Below are positions 1-10,179 of a stretch of 32,000 bases of DNA, piece by piece; position 1 is the stretch's first letter; every line of letters begins with the position of its first letter. Under the pieces are notes generated by a model. It saw only the letters and a program-made list of their open reading frames with translations. It was not told the DNA's origin and searched no databases. Location of the stretch: contig NC_007484.1 in the NCBI RefSeq assembly GCF_000012805.1, positions 3,090,001-3,122,000 on the forward strand, given 5' to 3'. The position numbers and the translations under genes were made by a program. Origin of the DNA: Nitrosococcus oceani ATCC 19707. GTDB lineage: Bacteria; Pseudomonadota; Gammaproteobacteria; Nitrosococcales; Nitrosococcaceae.

Positions 1-21
1 ACGGGAAAAGAAAATTGTCAT
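1..21 (-). CDS. possible 5' end of a leftward gene that runs off the window (7 codons visible)
   Basis: The minus strand reads GAGGAGGA, 7 nt, then ATG ACA ATT TTC TTT TCC CGT (ATG = 21..19). Shine-Dalgarno spacing is good. No product can be inferred. Confidence 0.3.
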
Positions 22-340
22 TGCGGATTCCTCCTCTGTGGAGGCTAGCTATACATTATAAGGAAAAAATCCCAGCGCTTCATAAAGAATTTGGAAACCA
101 TACGGTTTATTTAGCAAACGCTAATAGCGTCTTCGCTATATAAAAATTATAGTAGTAGCTAATCAACTTCGTTGTGACAATTTACCCTCAATTTTGTGAT
201 TTTTTATCGGTTTTATTGCTTCGTTTTTATAATCAAAGATCAAGGGATTGTTTACGATGAATCACTCCCATTATGAATAGGTTGATTACCCCTAAAGCCC
301 GGGGAAAATTGAGGATAAAACTTATGAATATTAGGGGACC

Positions 341-1588
341 ATGCCAATGGACTTCTCTGCACAGGCCACGTTAGCCGTCTGCCATCACTGCGACTGGGTG
401 ATGACCTTGCCACGACTACGGGCGGGCGAGACCGCTTGCTGCCCCCGATGCGAACACAAGTTACCTGGCCAACAGCACACTTCAATTCAAAGCCAACTTG
501 CCTGGGCCAGCGCGGCATTAATCATGTTGGCAGCCGCGATCGCCTTTCCCTTCGTGAGCTTCGAGGTACAGGGGATTAAACACACCATTATCGTGGCAGA
601 TACCGCACTAGCCCTCTTTGACTACGATTTTCCATTCTTGGGACTGGTTGTGCTTACGACCACGATTTTGTTGCCAACCGCCTATCTACTGGTCCTCCTT
701 TATCTCCATGGAGTGCTGGCTTCGGGCCGCCGTCCCATGGGGGCGCAAACACTAGCGCGGCTACTGACAAGCATCAAACCTTGGGTGATGAGCGATGTGT
801 TTGTGGTCGGGGTGCTAGTGAGCATGATCAAGGTGCTCTCCCTGGCGAGTCTGCAGCTCGGTCCTGCATTCCCGGCGTTTTGCGCCTATGCCGTGTTGCT
901 GTTGAAGTCCATCTCTAGCTTCGATCCTGGAACCTTGTGGACGGCTATCAGTGGCCCGGTCGATCCTCCGGTTGATCTTGCCCCCGGCAGTCCTGCGGCT
1001 ACTCAAGGAGCCGCAGGCTGCACCCGCTGCAATGCCATCGTCAATACTGCCAGCCAGACACGCTGCCCACGTTGCGGCTACCATCCTATCGCGCCCAACC
1101 CGCGCCGCTTGCAAGCAACCTGGGCATTGCTCATCGCAGCAGGCATCTTGTATATTCCAGCCATGGCCTATCCCATCATGATCACCACCGAGCTCGGTAG
1201 AACCTCACCACAGACCGTAGTGGGCGGCGCCCGGCTTTTGCTGGAGACCGGTTCCTGGCCCATCGCCCTGATAATCTTTACGGCGAGCATTGTGGTGCCT
1301 ATCGGTAAGGTGCTCGCTCTTGGCTGGCTTTGTTTGCAGGCACAAGCGGGTACCGGGCGCAGCGCCTATGACCGACTCAGGCTGTACCGGCTTGTCGAGG
1401 CAATCGGCCGCTGGTCGTTCCTCGACGTATTTGTAGTTGCCCTGTTGACCGCCCTCATTCAGGCAGGTGAGCTTATGCGCGTACAGCCCAGCCCCGGTGT
1501 GGTTATCTTTGCAATTGTGGTGATCCTCACCATGCTGGCGGCAATGGCCTTTGACCCCCGCCTGATTTGGCGGGTCCATGAAAAATGA
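341..1588 (+). CDS. pqiA: paraquat-inducible protein A (PqiA), inner-membrane component of the Pqi MCE transport system
   Basis: 415 aa with two repeated modules, each opening with paired CxxC motifs (CHHC...CPRC and CTRC...CPRC) followed by multiple TM helices. The 4-nt ATGA overlap with the next gene matches pqiAB operons. Confidence 0.9.
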   Translation: MPMDFSAQATLAVCHHCDWVMTLPRLRAGETACCPRCEHKLPGQQHTSIQSQLAWASAALIMLAAAIAFPFVSFEVQGIKHTIIVADTALALFDYDFPFLGLVVLTTTILLPTAYLLVLLYLHGVLASGRRPMGAQTLARLLTSIKPWVMSDVFVVGVLVSMIKVLSLASLQLGPAFPAFCAYAVLLLKSISSFDPGTLWTAISGPVDPPVDLAPGSPAATQGAAGCTRCNAIVNTASQTRCPRCGYHPIAPNPRRLQATWALLIAAGILYIPAMAYPIMITTELGRTSPQTVVGGARLLLETGSWPIALIIFTASIVVPIGKVLALGWLCLQAQAGTGRSAYDRLRLYRLVEAIGRWSFLDVFVVALLTALIQAGELMRVQPSPGVVIFAIVVILTMLAAMAFDPRLIWRVHEK

Positions 1589-3237
1589 GCGACTTGCTGA
1601 CTGAGGCCAAGATACGCCCGCCGCGGCGGATAAAGCTCTCGCCAGTCTGGCTGGTCCCCCTCGCAGCTGCACTGATCGGCGCGTGGCTGGTGTATCAGAA
1701 TATTGCATCTCAAGGTCCGGAGATCATATTGCAGCTCGACAACGCCGAAGGTGTGGAAGCTGGTAAAACAGTGGTTAAACTACACAATGTGGATGTGGGA
1801 CTGGTGGAGAAGGTACGCTTGTCCAAGGATTACACGGGAGCCATCGCCGAGGTGCGCATGAAGGCGGATATGGACCCTCTATTGGTGGAGGATACCCAAT
1901 TTTGGGTGGCCAAACCCCGGGTGGGACGGGAAGGTATTAGCGGCCTGAGCACAATCCTCTCTGGCGTCTATATCCAGATGCGCCCAGGCAACGCTCAAGA
2001 CCCAGCCCGCCGGTTCCAGGTGCTAGAACGGCCACCCACGATCCGTATCCACACCGAGGGATTATCGCTGGAGTTAGTCAGTACGGATGATAACTCCTTA
2101 ACCATCGGAGACCCTGTGGTCTATCAAGGCCAGGAAGTGGGTCAGATCGATACCGCAGAATTCAATGCCTCAGCGCTGGAAATGCACTACGGCGTATTTA
2201 TCCGTGCTCCCTTCGATGCGCTGATCACCGAGAATGTCCAGTTCTGGCCACGCTCCGGCATTATCTTTGAGATCACTTCCGAGGGATTGCAGGTACAAAC
2301 AGGCACCCTTGAGACGATGTTGGCGGGGGGTGTCACGTTTGGGATTCCACCGGATCTGAAGGATGGCAAACAAGCTGAACAAGGCGCTATATTTCGACTG
2401 TATCCGTCGCGCCAAGCCGCCCAGCAGGATCGTTACGACCATCAGTACAAGTACGTCATTCTGTTCGATGACTCGGTGCGCGGTTTGTACCCAGGAGCGG
2501 CTGTCGAATTCCGTGGCGTCCGGGTAGGCACGGTACTCAACGTCCCCTTCTTTGGTGACGACTTTGGTATGGAATATTCCCAGACCTTTCGCATCCCAGT
2601 ACTGATCGCCTTCGAACCGCAGCGGCTGGCAGGCACTACCTGGGCGCAATTCGATCAAAAAGCCTGGCAGCAGCATCTGAACCGCTTGTTCCCTAGAGGG
2701 TTGCGGGCCACTATAAAGGCGGCTAATCTGCTCACGGGCGCAATGTTTGTGGATCTCGCTTTCACGGACCAGAAAGGTGCCCACCATGAACCGGCGTTTC
2801 AAGGCCAGTATCCGTTGCTCCCCAGCCGCAGCAGCGGGCTGGCCAGTATCGAGGAAAAGATCACCCGACTATTGGATAAACTCAATGAACTGGAACTCGC
2901 GCCAGTGCTGACTAAGTTGCAACACACCCTAGAAAGCACTAGCGAAGTCATGAATAAGTCCCAAAACACCATGGATCGGCTGAACTCACTTCTCGGCAGC
3001 GAGGCCATGGGCAAGCTCCCTACTGAGTTCAATGCAACCCTAGATGAATTACGGAAGACCCTGAACAGCTATCAGCAGGGAGCGCCCGTCTACGATAAGC
3101 TCAACCGCTCCCTTGACCGGCTGAATCAGGTTCTGGATGATCTCGCCCCCTTCGTGGAAACGCTGCACAATGCTCCTTCAGCACTCTTTTTCGGCGATAA
3201 TGCCCCTGAAGACCCTATTCCCCAAGCTGCCAAATGA
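1585..3237 (+). CDS. pqiB: intermembrane transport protein PqiB (multi-MCE domain)
   Basis: 550 aa with an N-terminal TM anchor (WLVPLAAALIGAWLV), repeated MCE-like segments and a C-terminal coiled-coil-like tail. It sits between pqiA and the lipoprotein gene, with ATGA start/stop overlaps on both sides. Confidence 0.9.
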   Translation: MSDLLTEAKIRPPRRIKLSPVWLVPLAAALIGAWLVYQNIASQGPEIILQLDNAEGVEAGKTVVKLHNVDVGLVEKVRLSKDYTGAIAEVRMKADMDPLLVEDTQFWVAKPRVGREGISGLSTILSGVYIQMRPGNAQDPARRFQVLERPPTIRIHTEGLSLELVSTDDNSLTIGDPVVYQGQEVGQIDTAEFNASALEMHYGVFIRAPFDALITENVQFWPRSGIIFEITSEGLQVQTGTLETMLAGGVTFGIPPDLKDGKQAEQGAIFRLYPSRQAAQQDRYDHQYKYVILFDDSVRGLYPGAAVEFRGVRVGTVLNVPFFGDDFGMEYSQTFRIPVLIAFEPQRLAGTTWAQFDQKAWQQHLNRLFPRGLRATIKAANLLTGAMFVDLAFTDQKGAHHEPAFQGQYPLLPSRSSGLASIEEKITRLLDKLNELELAPVLTKLQHTLESTSEVMNKSQNTMDRLNSLLGSEAMGKLPTEFNATLDELRKTLNSYQQGAPVYDKLNRSLDRLNQVLDDLAPFVETLHNAPSALFFGDNAPEDPIPQAAK

Positions 3238-3869
3238 AGCGCAGCCCCATAATCCTGGTGGCAGTGGCTTTCATTTTAAGCGCCTGCGCCACAACGCCCC
3301 ATCAGCCCTGGCTATATTCGCTTACCACTCCTCCTGCAGGCACGACTCCACCCAGCGAGGCCCGCGTCGCAAGAAAGGCGTTAATCGTGAACCAAATTTA
3401 CGCCGCTGAATTTCTGCAGCACTCGGGCATCGTCTATAAAACCGCGCCCAATCGGTTGAGCGTGGCCCGGCAACACCGCTGGGCCGCTCCCCTGACAGTG
3501 CAACTGCACCAGTATATTTATAATAGGCTAACCACGCAGCTACCCTCTATAGCCGTTTATCCAAATACCAGCAGCGCGCCGCTCAAAGCATGGCAACTTA
3601 CTGTTGAATTCAATAGCTTCCATGGACGCTTTGACGGTAAGGCGGTAGTTGCTGGTAGCTGGCGATTGCGCAATGGAAACGGCGACGTGGTAGCCCAAAG
3701 CTCATTTAAGCAGGACACCCCACTTGCAGAAGATGGTTACGAAGCACTTGTGGCTGCACTTTCTAAAGGCTTGGCTCGGGTCACAGATAGCATCGCTAGC
3801 ACGATCCACGAACTGACACTAGAGCAAGCCGATGAAACTGCCCAAGGGGTAAATATAGACGCACCATAA
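3234..3869 (+). CDS. pqiC: PqiC/YmbA-like ABC-transport auxiliary lipoprotein
   Basis: 211 aa with a lipobox (FILSAC) after a short signal peptide. It is third in the pqiAB cluster and translationally coupled by an ATGA overlap at 3234..3237. Confidence 0.8.
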   Translation: MKRSPIILVAVAFILSACATTPHQPWLYSLTTPPAGTTPPSEARVARKALIVNQIYAAEFLQHSGIVYKTAPNRLSVARQHRWAAPLTVQLHQYIYNRLTTQLPSIAVYPNTSSAPLKAWQLTVEFNSFHGRFDGKAVVAGSWRLRNGNGDVVAQSSFKQDTPLAEDGYEALVAALSKGLARVTDSIASTIHELTLEQADETAQGVNIDAP

Positions 3870-4164
3870 AAAAGCTATCCTGCTTCCTTTTTTCCCATTT
3901 TCCCTTAAGCTTTTAAAGCTAACAGCACCGATAAGTACCTATAAATATGGGGTGCGCCGGCGATGTTCCATAAACCCGCTTTTCCTCCCTGAAAAAGATG
4001 CCTGCCCTCCCTTGCCTTCGCCCCACCAGCGCACTTCTAGGAATACTTCGAGACTTTTATGGAGGTACTTAGATAATTTTGAGCCTCAGTCCTTTTGGCT
4101 CTATACTTTCGTTTGCAAGCAAATTAACTAGCTTTCATATTCTAAAAAATAGTTTGGACAAACC

Positions 4165-4596
4165 ATGATAAATAAAAAACTTTTCCATATCGGTTCCCAG
4201 GCAGTTTTATTTTTCCTGTCCGCCACGCTGACGACTGCAGCCTATGCCTATGGCGGGAGTAGCGCCGCCCAATCAAGCAGCTGTAAAACCGTAAGGATTT
4301 CCGAAGAAAATCCAGCACCCAAGGCAATTATTCCCGAACTATCCAATTTCTCCTTTGTAGCAAGTTCTGATGTGCGGGAATCAAGTATTGCCGTCAAGAT
4401 TCGCGGCCAAGAAGGCGAGCTAACGATCACCCAACAACCCAATAAAAGTTATCTGGTCGAAGGGCATTTTCCTGAACCCATTACTGAGGCGCGGTACGTC
4501 AGGATCGATATCCTGTCAGAATCCGTCCGGGGATGTTCCAGCCATCATCACTACCTGGTACAAGTTGAACCCGAAGGACAATCAGAGGAAGAGTAA
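4165..4596 (+). CDS. hypothetical secreted protein
   Basis: 143-aa ORF with an N-terminal signal-like segment (AVLFFLSATLTTAAYA) and an acidic C-terminus. I recognise no family motif. Confidence 0.5.
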   Translation: MINKKLFHIGSQAVLFFLSATLTTAAYAYGGSSAAQSSSCKTVRISEENPAPKAIIPELSNFSFVASSDVRESSIAVKIRGQEGELTITQQPNKSYLVEGHFPEPITEARYVRIDILSESVRGCSSHHHYLVQVEPEGQSEEE

Positions 4597-4689
4597 TCTT
4601 CCTTGCCCTTTTCCTGGACGCTGGCTTATACGCCAGCGTCCTCATTCCAATCGATGGAATATCCTGTTTGGTAAACGCCCCGTCATACA

Positions 4690-5436
4690 CTAACGATCTG
4701 AGAAATAAATGTTCTCCTTGATAGTGTTGGAGACCATCTGAAGATAAGAATTCTCCACTTCCTGATAGCGACGAACCTGGAAATAGATGATTTTTTCACC
4801 ACTGCCAGGGCTCAATTCAAACAAGGGAGCGGAAACAAAAGCTTGCCATTGAACATCCCGGAAATCGGGAAACTGACTGGCACGATATTCGGTAGGCTCA
4901 CCTTCCACGGTGAAAGAGAGAGTAACCTCCCGGTTTAAAGTCAGAGGCGCACTTCCGTTAATCACTAAGTGCTTAACTTGTAGCTCCGCTGCGGAAGGTT
5001 CTCTCTTAGCGGCCTGGGATGATACGTCGCAGGCAGGGCCGCCGCCGCCCGGCGCCAACGATGCGACCATAACCCGATCTATCCGTTGCCTGCCTGCAAC
5101 GCGCCCTTCCCCTCTAAAGCCCGCTTTGGAGACTATTAGAATAAAGGGTATTGGCTGCATCTCGTCCAACCATACCTCCCCTTTTTCATCCGTCAGGTAA
5201 GCGCCGAACTGTTGGGGATTTGGTGAGGTTCCAAGGCAAACCGAGGCATTCTCCAAGGGTGTTCCTTCTCCTTCCGCCAAAACCTGGATTTGAAGGCTTG
5301 CCGCCCACAAGGGTCCAGCAAACCCTCCCCAAGCGCTTAAAAGCAATAATAGTCCTACCCATAGAGGAAGCGTGGCGTTCGCTAAAAAATTCGTTGGCAA
5401 CTTTAGCATCGCTTTAATCCCATCCAAATTCAACAT
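4690..5436 (-). CDS. hypothetical secreted protein (possible carboxypeptidase-regulatory-like beta-sandwich at the N-terminus)
   Basis: 248-aa ORF with a hydrophobic signal or anchor (LPLWVGLLLLLSAWGGFAGPLWA). The segment ASLQIQVLAEGEGTPLENASVCLG resembles CarboxypepD_reg-type starts. The assignment is weak. Confidence 0.5.
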   Translation of the reverse strand: MLNLDGIKAMLKLPTNFLANATLPLWVGLLLLLSAWGGFAGPLWAASLQIQVLAEGEGTPLENASVCLGTSPNPQQFGAYLTDEKGEVWLDEMQPIPFILIVSKAGFRGEGRVAGRQRIDRVMVASLAPGGGGPACDVSSQAAKREPSAAELQVKHLVINGSAPLTLNREVTLSFTVEGEPTEYRASQFPDFRDVQWQAFVSAPLFELSPGSGEKIIYFQVRRYQEVENSYLQMVSNTIKENIYFSDR

Positions 5437-5438
5437 AA

Positions 5439-5687
5439 TTAAAGATTGTGTAAAAACCGGCGATCCAAATCCACCGCCGTTATGCGACCGCTTGGAAACA
5501 CCACATTGCTCAACCAGCGTGGAATAGAATCTGCTCCAACCCCGCTTTCAAGGCAATTCGAGTTAGCAGCAATGCCTGCGGCAGTAAGCAGGCAGCGCGA
5601 AGCAGGGTCGAAAAGATTTTCAATGGCGCGGAGTCGCTCAAGCTCAATATGGTACTGCGTCGACCCGAAGACATAACTGCTATTCAT
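5439..5687 (-). pseudogene. N-terminal fragment of a class I SAM-dependent methyltransferase
   Basis: The 82-aa ORF has the layout E..ERL...FDP...LL..GI....CLESGVGADSI..WL......G.ITAVDLD..FL. This is typical of the first ~80 residues of a Rossmann methyltransferase, but motif I is degenerate (ESGVGAD). The ORF stops 3 nt before the ATG of the next ORF. Confidence 0.5.
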
Positions 5688-5734
5688 ACCCCGATTCTTT
5701 GTAGCCCAGCCTCTTATGGAAATAAGATAGATGA

Positions 5735-6802
5735 CTAGAAACTTTCCTTTTCCCGCAAGTCCCAGGAACGAATTTTAGTAAAACTCCGGGTGGCTCTCTC
5801 TCTAAACCTCCCTGACATTTTAATTATAAACAGGGCTGGGATTTGTTCCTGCTCGGCCAATTGTAATCCTTCCTCTGGGCCAAGCACGAACAGCGCCGTA
5901 GCTAAAGCGTCTGCCCGCATGGCGGTGGCATCGACCACCGTCACCGAGGCAAGTTTATGGGTAATAGGCCAACCCGTTCGAGGATCGAGCGTATGCGAGT
6001 AACGCTTTCCATCCTGCTCAAAGTAATTACGATAATTGCCTGAAGTAGCCACCGCGCCGGAATCTAGCTCAAGGATACGCTGCACCCGGCGTTCACCTGC
6101 TACTGGCCGCTCAATCGCAATTCGCCACGGGGCACCCTCCGGACCGTGTCCTTGGATTCGTTCTTCTCCGCCAATATCCACTAGATAATGGTAAATTCCT
6201 TGGGCCTCCAAAAGTTCCGCGATGCGATCCACGCCGTAGCCTTTAGCAATCGCCGAAAGATCCACATAAATATCCCCCCGCTTCTTCCTGACAGCAGGGG
6301 GTGAATGCCGTACCTGCAACTGCTTAAAACCGACCCTTTCCTTCTCAGCCTCCATCTCCCGCCGCGAAGGGATCTCATTGGTATAGGAGCCGGGGCCAAA
6401 CCCCCAGAGGTTAACCAGTGGCCCCACTGTCACATCAAAGGCGCCTTTGCTCAAACGGCTAATGCTCTGAGCCTCCTCTAATACCTTGACGATCTCTGTG
6501 GAAACGCTGACCCAATCAGTACGCTTATTACGGTTAAAGCGGGATAGTTCAGAATCCGCTTGGTAAGTGGACATCAATCCATTGATTTCTTCGAGCAACC
6601 GGGCGATATCCCGATCCAATACCTCGGGGTCGATCCGGGCAGGAAGGTCCACGATCTTGACGGAATATCCCGTGCCCATGGTAGCGCCGCTCAACCAGGT
6701 CAGATGATCCTCTCCTGACTCCGCGCAAGCGGTCAATACCAGGCAAAGCAGGATGCCCGCCGGCCTAAATAGACGGAGAATCAGTTTCAAAATCCAGGGC
6801 AT
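5735..6802 (-). CDS. apbE: FAD:protein FMN transferase (ApbE family) lipoprotein
   Basis: Motifs seen are MSTY, GA(F)[29 protein letters not shown] and [10 protein letters not shown]. The lipobox is LVLTAC. I chose the ATG at 6802, just before the signal peptide, rather than the ORF-track start at 6874. Confidence 0.85.
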   Translation of the reverse strand: MPWILKLILRLFRPAGILLCLVLTACAESGEDHLTWLSGATMGTGYSVKIVDLPARIDPEVLDRDIARLLEEINGLMSTYQADSELSRFNRNKRTDWVSVSTEIVKVLEEAQSISRLSKGAFDVTVGPLVNLWGFGPGSYTNEIPSRREMEAEKERVGFKQLQVRHSPPAVRKKRGDIYVDLSAIAKGYGVDRIAELLEAQGIYHYLVDIGGEERIQGHGPEGAPWRIAIERPVAGERRVQRILELDSGAVATSGNYRNYFEQDGKRYSHTLDPRTGWPITHKLASVTVVDATAMRADALATALFVLGPEEGLQLAEQEQIPALFIIKMSGRFRERATRSFTKIRSWDLREKESF

Positions 6803-7172
6803 TGGAATTAATACAATATCGCTGACCCGTGGGCGCGGGACCATCGCCAAAAACATGGCCCAGATGGGCATCACAGCGGGCGCATCTGACCTCGATTCGA
6901 CTCATGCCATGGCTATCATCCGAACGCTTCTCCAGGGACTGACTGTCGATGGGATTCCAAAAACTCGGCCAGCCACTTCCAGATTCATATTTTTGTTCCG
7001 AGCTAAACAAGGGGTTGCCACAACACACGCAGCAATAAGTTCCCCCTTCTTGATGATGGTAGTATTTTCCGCTAAAAGCAGGCTCAGTCCCCGCCTCCCG
7101 GGTCACATGATACTGCGCTGGAGTAAGCTGCGCTTTCCACTCTGCTTCGGTTTTGCGGACCTTATTTTCCAT
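6765..7172 (-). CDS. msrB: peptide-methionine (R)-S-oxide reductase MsrB
   Basis: 135 aa with two zinc CxxC pairs (CVCCGNPLF and [12 protein letters not shown]), GWPSF, and the catalytic Cys in RYCINS. Confidence 0.92.
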   Translation of the reverse strand: MENKVRKTEAEWKAQLTPAQYHVTREAGTEPAFSGKYYHHQEGGTYCCVCCGNPLFSSEQKYESGSGWPSFWNPIDSQSLEKRSDDSHGMSRIEVRCARCDAHLGHVFGDGPAPTGQRYCINSNALDFETDSPSI

Positions 7173-7691
7173 AAACCCTCCTTAATTAATCCCCTCGCGG
7201 CTCTGTCCTGACTTTTAGCCGCTTATCTGCTGATGCGTTCCCCGTCCTTCTTTAATTTAGTTCAGAAGGAAGGCTCTTAAAGCGCTCCTGGTACGCTCTT
7301 TTAATCATACTTTTATTTTGCGGAGAGCTGTATAGGACCATACGTACCCGCTAGGACAGCGGCGGCTGCTAGGGAGAAAGAAAATCGGCTTCCCCTTAGC
7401 CAGGATGATCCGGTTCCTGTTGGCGCGAGCACCAAACCAGGTAGCCATTTCCACGGCTCAGCCTTGGTGGCTGATGAGCGGTCATTTTATTTCAAAAAAT
7501 GCACAAAGTTAAAAATTAAGGGTTAAAATGATTTTTACGAGTGTGTAGAGCGTATAAGCACGCCCGTAAAAGGCGGTTTTTCTACAGGCCCGCTGGGATC
7601 GGATCTCAGTTCTACTTATAGGGTGTCAGTAGCGGCTGGTTGTTTTCTTTGGAGTTTGCGGCTAAGTCTCGCTTAACTGTTCCTGACCTGT

Positions 7692-7732
7692 CTGCGTGCC
7701 TGCCTGTGCAGCAGGCAGGCGGACACGCACAG
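7692..7732. repeat. long imperfect palindrome or hairpin in a degraded intergenic region
   Basis: The sequence is ctgcgtGCCTGCCTGtgcagCAGGCAGGCggacACGCAcAG. It has a 9-bp perfect inner stem plus an outer stem interrupted by a bulge. Confidence 0.5.
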
Positions 7733-7799
7733 GAACGCTCGCTGGGGGGTCGTCGCACATCCCTGTACTCCTTCAACGAATCGCTCAACCATTACCAGT

Positions 7800-8101
7800 T
7801 TGCAAGATGCTTTACAACGCTTTCCAGACCCCGCCGATATACACTATAGTTTAGGGTTACTATTTGTTCGCCAACAGAACCAGCCGAAGGGGCTGAACCA
7901 CCTGAAAAAGGCTGCTCAGTTAGCGCCGCAAAATGCGAGATACCACCACACTATGTCTATGCTGTGGGTTTGCACAAGCACGGGTCAAACGAAAGAGGCG
8001 CTATGGGTACACGAATAGCACTGCAAAGCCATCAGGACAATAATTTAATCAGGCTGGAGCAACAACTGGAAAATGAGTTGACCAACCACAACACTCAGTA
8101 A
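7800..8101 (+). pseudogene. remnant of the C-terminal part of a TPR-repeat protein (multiple frameshifts)
   Basis: TPR-like text (ADIHYSLGLLFVRQQNQPKGLNHLKKAAQLAPQNARYH) continues in another frame as YVYAVGLHKHG. It returns as TGQTKEALWV and then continues as ALQSHQDNNLIRLEQQLENE in a further frame. No intact long ORF remains. Confidence 0.35.
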
Positions 8102-8157
8102 CGTGCCCGTGACGACAGCGGACGAAAAAATCAGTGCAATGAGAAATCCTAATTTTA

Positions 8158-10065
8158 ATGCTAAGTTTTACAAATATTTCCCTGCGGCGCGGCCCTCGCC
8201 TGCTCTTCGAGAACTTTAATCTTACTATTCATCCTGGACAACGGGTTGGCCTCACCGGCGCCAATGGCTGTGGCAAATCTAGTTTATTTGATCTGATTTT
8301 AGGTCGACTCCAACCAGACGCAGGAGAATTTGACCAGCCCTCTCAATGGGTGCTCGCCCATGTGGCCCAGGAAACTCCAGCAGTAGACAGATCTGCCCTG
8401 GATTACGTCCTTGACGGTGACCGAGAACTGCGTCTTCTCCAGTCCGATTTGGAAAAAGCCGAGCAGGCAGACGATGGCACTGCCCAGGGCACGCTTCATG
8501 CCCGCATTGAGGCCATCAATGGCTATACAGCTCCGGTTCGGGCGGCGAAGCTCATGCACGGTTTAGGCTTTACTGCTGCTCAGGAGTCCCAGCCAGTACG
8601 GACCTTTTCCGGCGGCTGGCGGATGCGGCTCAATCTTGCCCAAGCCCTCATGTGCCGCTCTGACTTGCTGCTTTTGGATGAACCTACCAACCACCTGGAT
8701 CTGGATACCGTATTATGGCTAGAAGAGTGGCTGAGCACTTACCCCGGCACGCTCCTCTTGATTTCCCATGACCGGGAACTGCTCGATCAGGTGGTGAGCC
8801 ATATTGCCCATATCGAAAATAAAACTGTCAGCTACTACCGGGGTAATTACGCCGCCTTTGAACGGCAACGGGGCGAGCAGTTGGCCCAGCAACAGGCTGC
8901 TTATCAAAAGCAGCAGCGGGAAATTGCTCATATCCAACACTTCGTTGACCGTTTTCGCGCCAAAGCAAGCAAAGCGCGCCAGGCCCAGAGCCGGTTAAAG
9001 GCCCTGCAACGCATGGAGCAGGTGGCTTCTGCCCATGTCACTTCCCCTTTTTATTTTACCTTGCCCCCTCCCGAGAAACTGCCCGCTGCACTACTACGCC
9101 TGCGACAGGTAGCCATGGGATATGAACAACAAGCAGTGTTGTCCCACGTTAACCTAGACCTGGCGCCAGGAGATCGGATTGGTTTACTTGGGCCGAATGG
9201 AGCAGGCAAATCCACCTTCATTAAATCCCTTGCGGGGGAACTGCCATCCCAAGCCGGGACCGTAGAGGAAGCGCCTGATTTAGTCATCGGCTACTTCGCT
9301 CAGCATCAAGTAGAGCAACTCCGTGCCCAGGAAACTCCCCTCCAACATCTACAGGTATTGGCACCCTCAGCCCCTGAAAAAGATCTGCGGAATTTTCTTG
9401 GCGGTTTCAATTTCCAAGGGGAACAAGCCCTGGCGCCCGTGGGTTCCTTTTCCGGGGGAGAAAAAGCTCGTCTCGCATTGGCTTTGTTAGTCTACCGGCG
9501 CCCTAACTTGCTGCTGCTGGATGAACCCACCAATCATCTTGACCTGGAAATGCGTTATGCCCTGACCTCTGCCTTGCAGGATTTTGAAGGCGCCATGATC
9601 ATTGTCTCCCACGACCGTCATCTCCTGCGCAGCACGGCGGACACCTTATGGCTCGTCGCTAATCATACCGCCATCCCCTTTGATGGAGATTTGGAAGACT
9701 ATCAGCGGTGGCTTCAACAGCGCCGTGGCGGCACTGGGGAAAACACCCACGGCAATCCAACTGAATTCCAACATGCCACTGTCCGCAAGGAACGCCGGCG
9801 GCAAGAGGCGGAACGGCGGCGCCTGTTGCAGCCTTTACGAAAACAGCTTAAAGAAATTGAGAAGACGCTGGAAAAGTTACAAGCTGAAAAAGCGGTTCTC
9901 GACCAACAACTCGCTACTCCTGATTTATACCAAGATCCCCAGCAAAAAGAGCAGCTTAAGGTCCTTCTTATGGAGCAGGCCCGTCTTCGGAACGCTCTCC
10001 TTGAGACGGAAGAAAAATGGCTAATAGCCACTGAAACACTGGAAGCCGCCGAACAAGGAGGCTAA
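8158..10065 (+). CDS. ABC-F family ATPase (YheS/Uup-like translation-factor type, no TM domain)
   Basis: 635 aa with duplicated cassettes. Walker A is GANGCGKSS and GPNGAGKST, the signature is FSGGWRMR and FSGGEKAR, and Walker B is LLLLDEPTNHLD twice. It has a charged interdomain linker and a C-terminal coiled-coil tail. Confidence 0.92.
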   Translation: MLSFTNISLRRGPRLLFENFNLTIHPGQRVGLTGANGCGKSSLFDLILGRLQPDAGEFDQPSQWVLAHVAQETPAVDRSALDYVLDGDRELRLLQSDLEKAEQADDGTAQGTLHARIEAINGYTAPVRAAKLMHGLGFTAAQESQPVRTFSGGWRMRLNLAQALMCRSDLLLLDEPTNHLDLDTVLWLEEWLSTYPGTLLLISHDRELLDQVVSHIAHIENKTVSYYRGNYAAFERQRGEQLAQQQAAYQKQQREIAHIQHFVDRFRAKASKARQAQSRLKALQRMEQVASAHVTSPFYFTLPPPEKLPAALLRLRQVAMGYEQQAVLSHVNLDLAPGDRIGLLGPNGAGKSTFIKSLAGELPSQAGTVEEAPDLVIGYFAQHQVEQLRAQETPLQHLQVLAPSAPEKDLRNFLGGFNFQGEQALAPVGSFSGGEKARLALALLVYRRPNLLLLDEPTNHLDLEMRYALTSALQDFEGAMIIVSHDRHLLRSTADTLWLVANHTAIPFDGDLEDYQRWLQQRRGGTGENTHGNPTEFQHATVRKERRRQEAERRRLLQPLRKQLKEIEKTLEKLQAEKAVLDQQLATPDLYQDPQQKEQLKVLLMEQARLRNALLETEEKWLIATETLEAAEQGG

Positions 10066-10077
10066 AACCCAATGCCC

Positions 10078-10103
10078 CTTGAAAGCGGGCAAATCATCCC
10101 CAT
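10078..10103 (+). promoter_or_regulatory. sigma32 (RpoH)-type heat-shock promoter upstream of hsp20
   Basis: CTTGAAA (10078..10084), then a 13-nt spacer, then CCCCATTT (from 10098). It lies about 75 nt upstream of the hsp20 ATG and matches the E. coli sigma32 consensus CTTGAAA-N13-15-CCCCATnT. Confidence 0.55.
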
Positions 10104-10179
10104 TTCTTCTCTTAAGCGGAAGCCGGTAACCGTGCTTCCAAGCGAATTTGAAGACTTTATCGCAGGAGAAAAATAGAAA

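Noticed and set aside
2170-2802. 210-aa minus-strand ORF inside pqiB, and similar antisense ORFs inside pqiA, the ABC-F gene, cas3 and the mtrB-like gene
   Set aside because: They lie fully inside strongly supported genes on the opposite strand, have no motifs, and are typical antisense open frames.
7556-7585. Terminator-like gcacgcccgtaaaaggcggttttt on the plus strand, as a possible orphan sRNA 3' end
   Set aside because: The stem is only 4-5 bp. There is no convincing promoter upstream and no gene on that strand.
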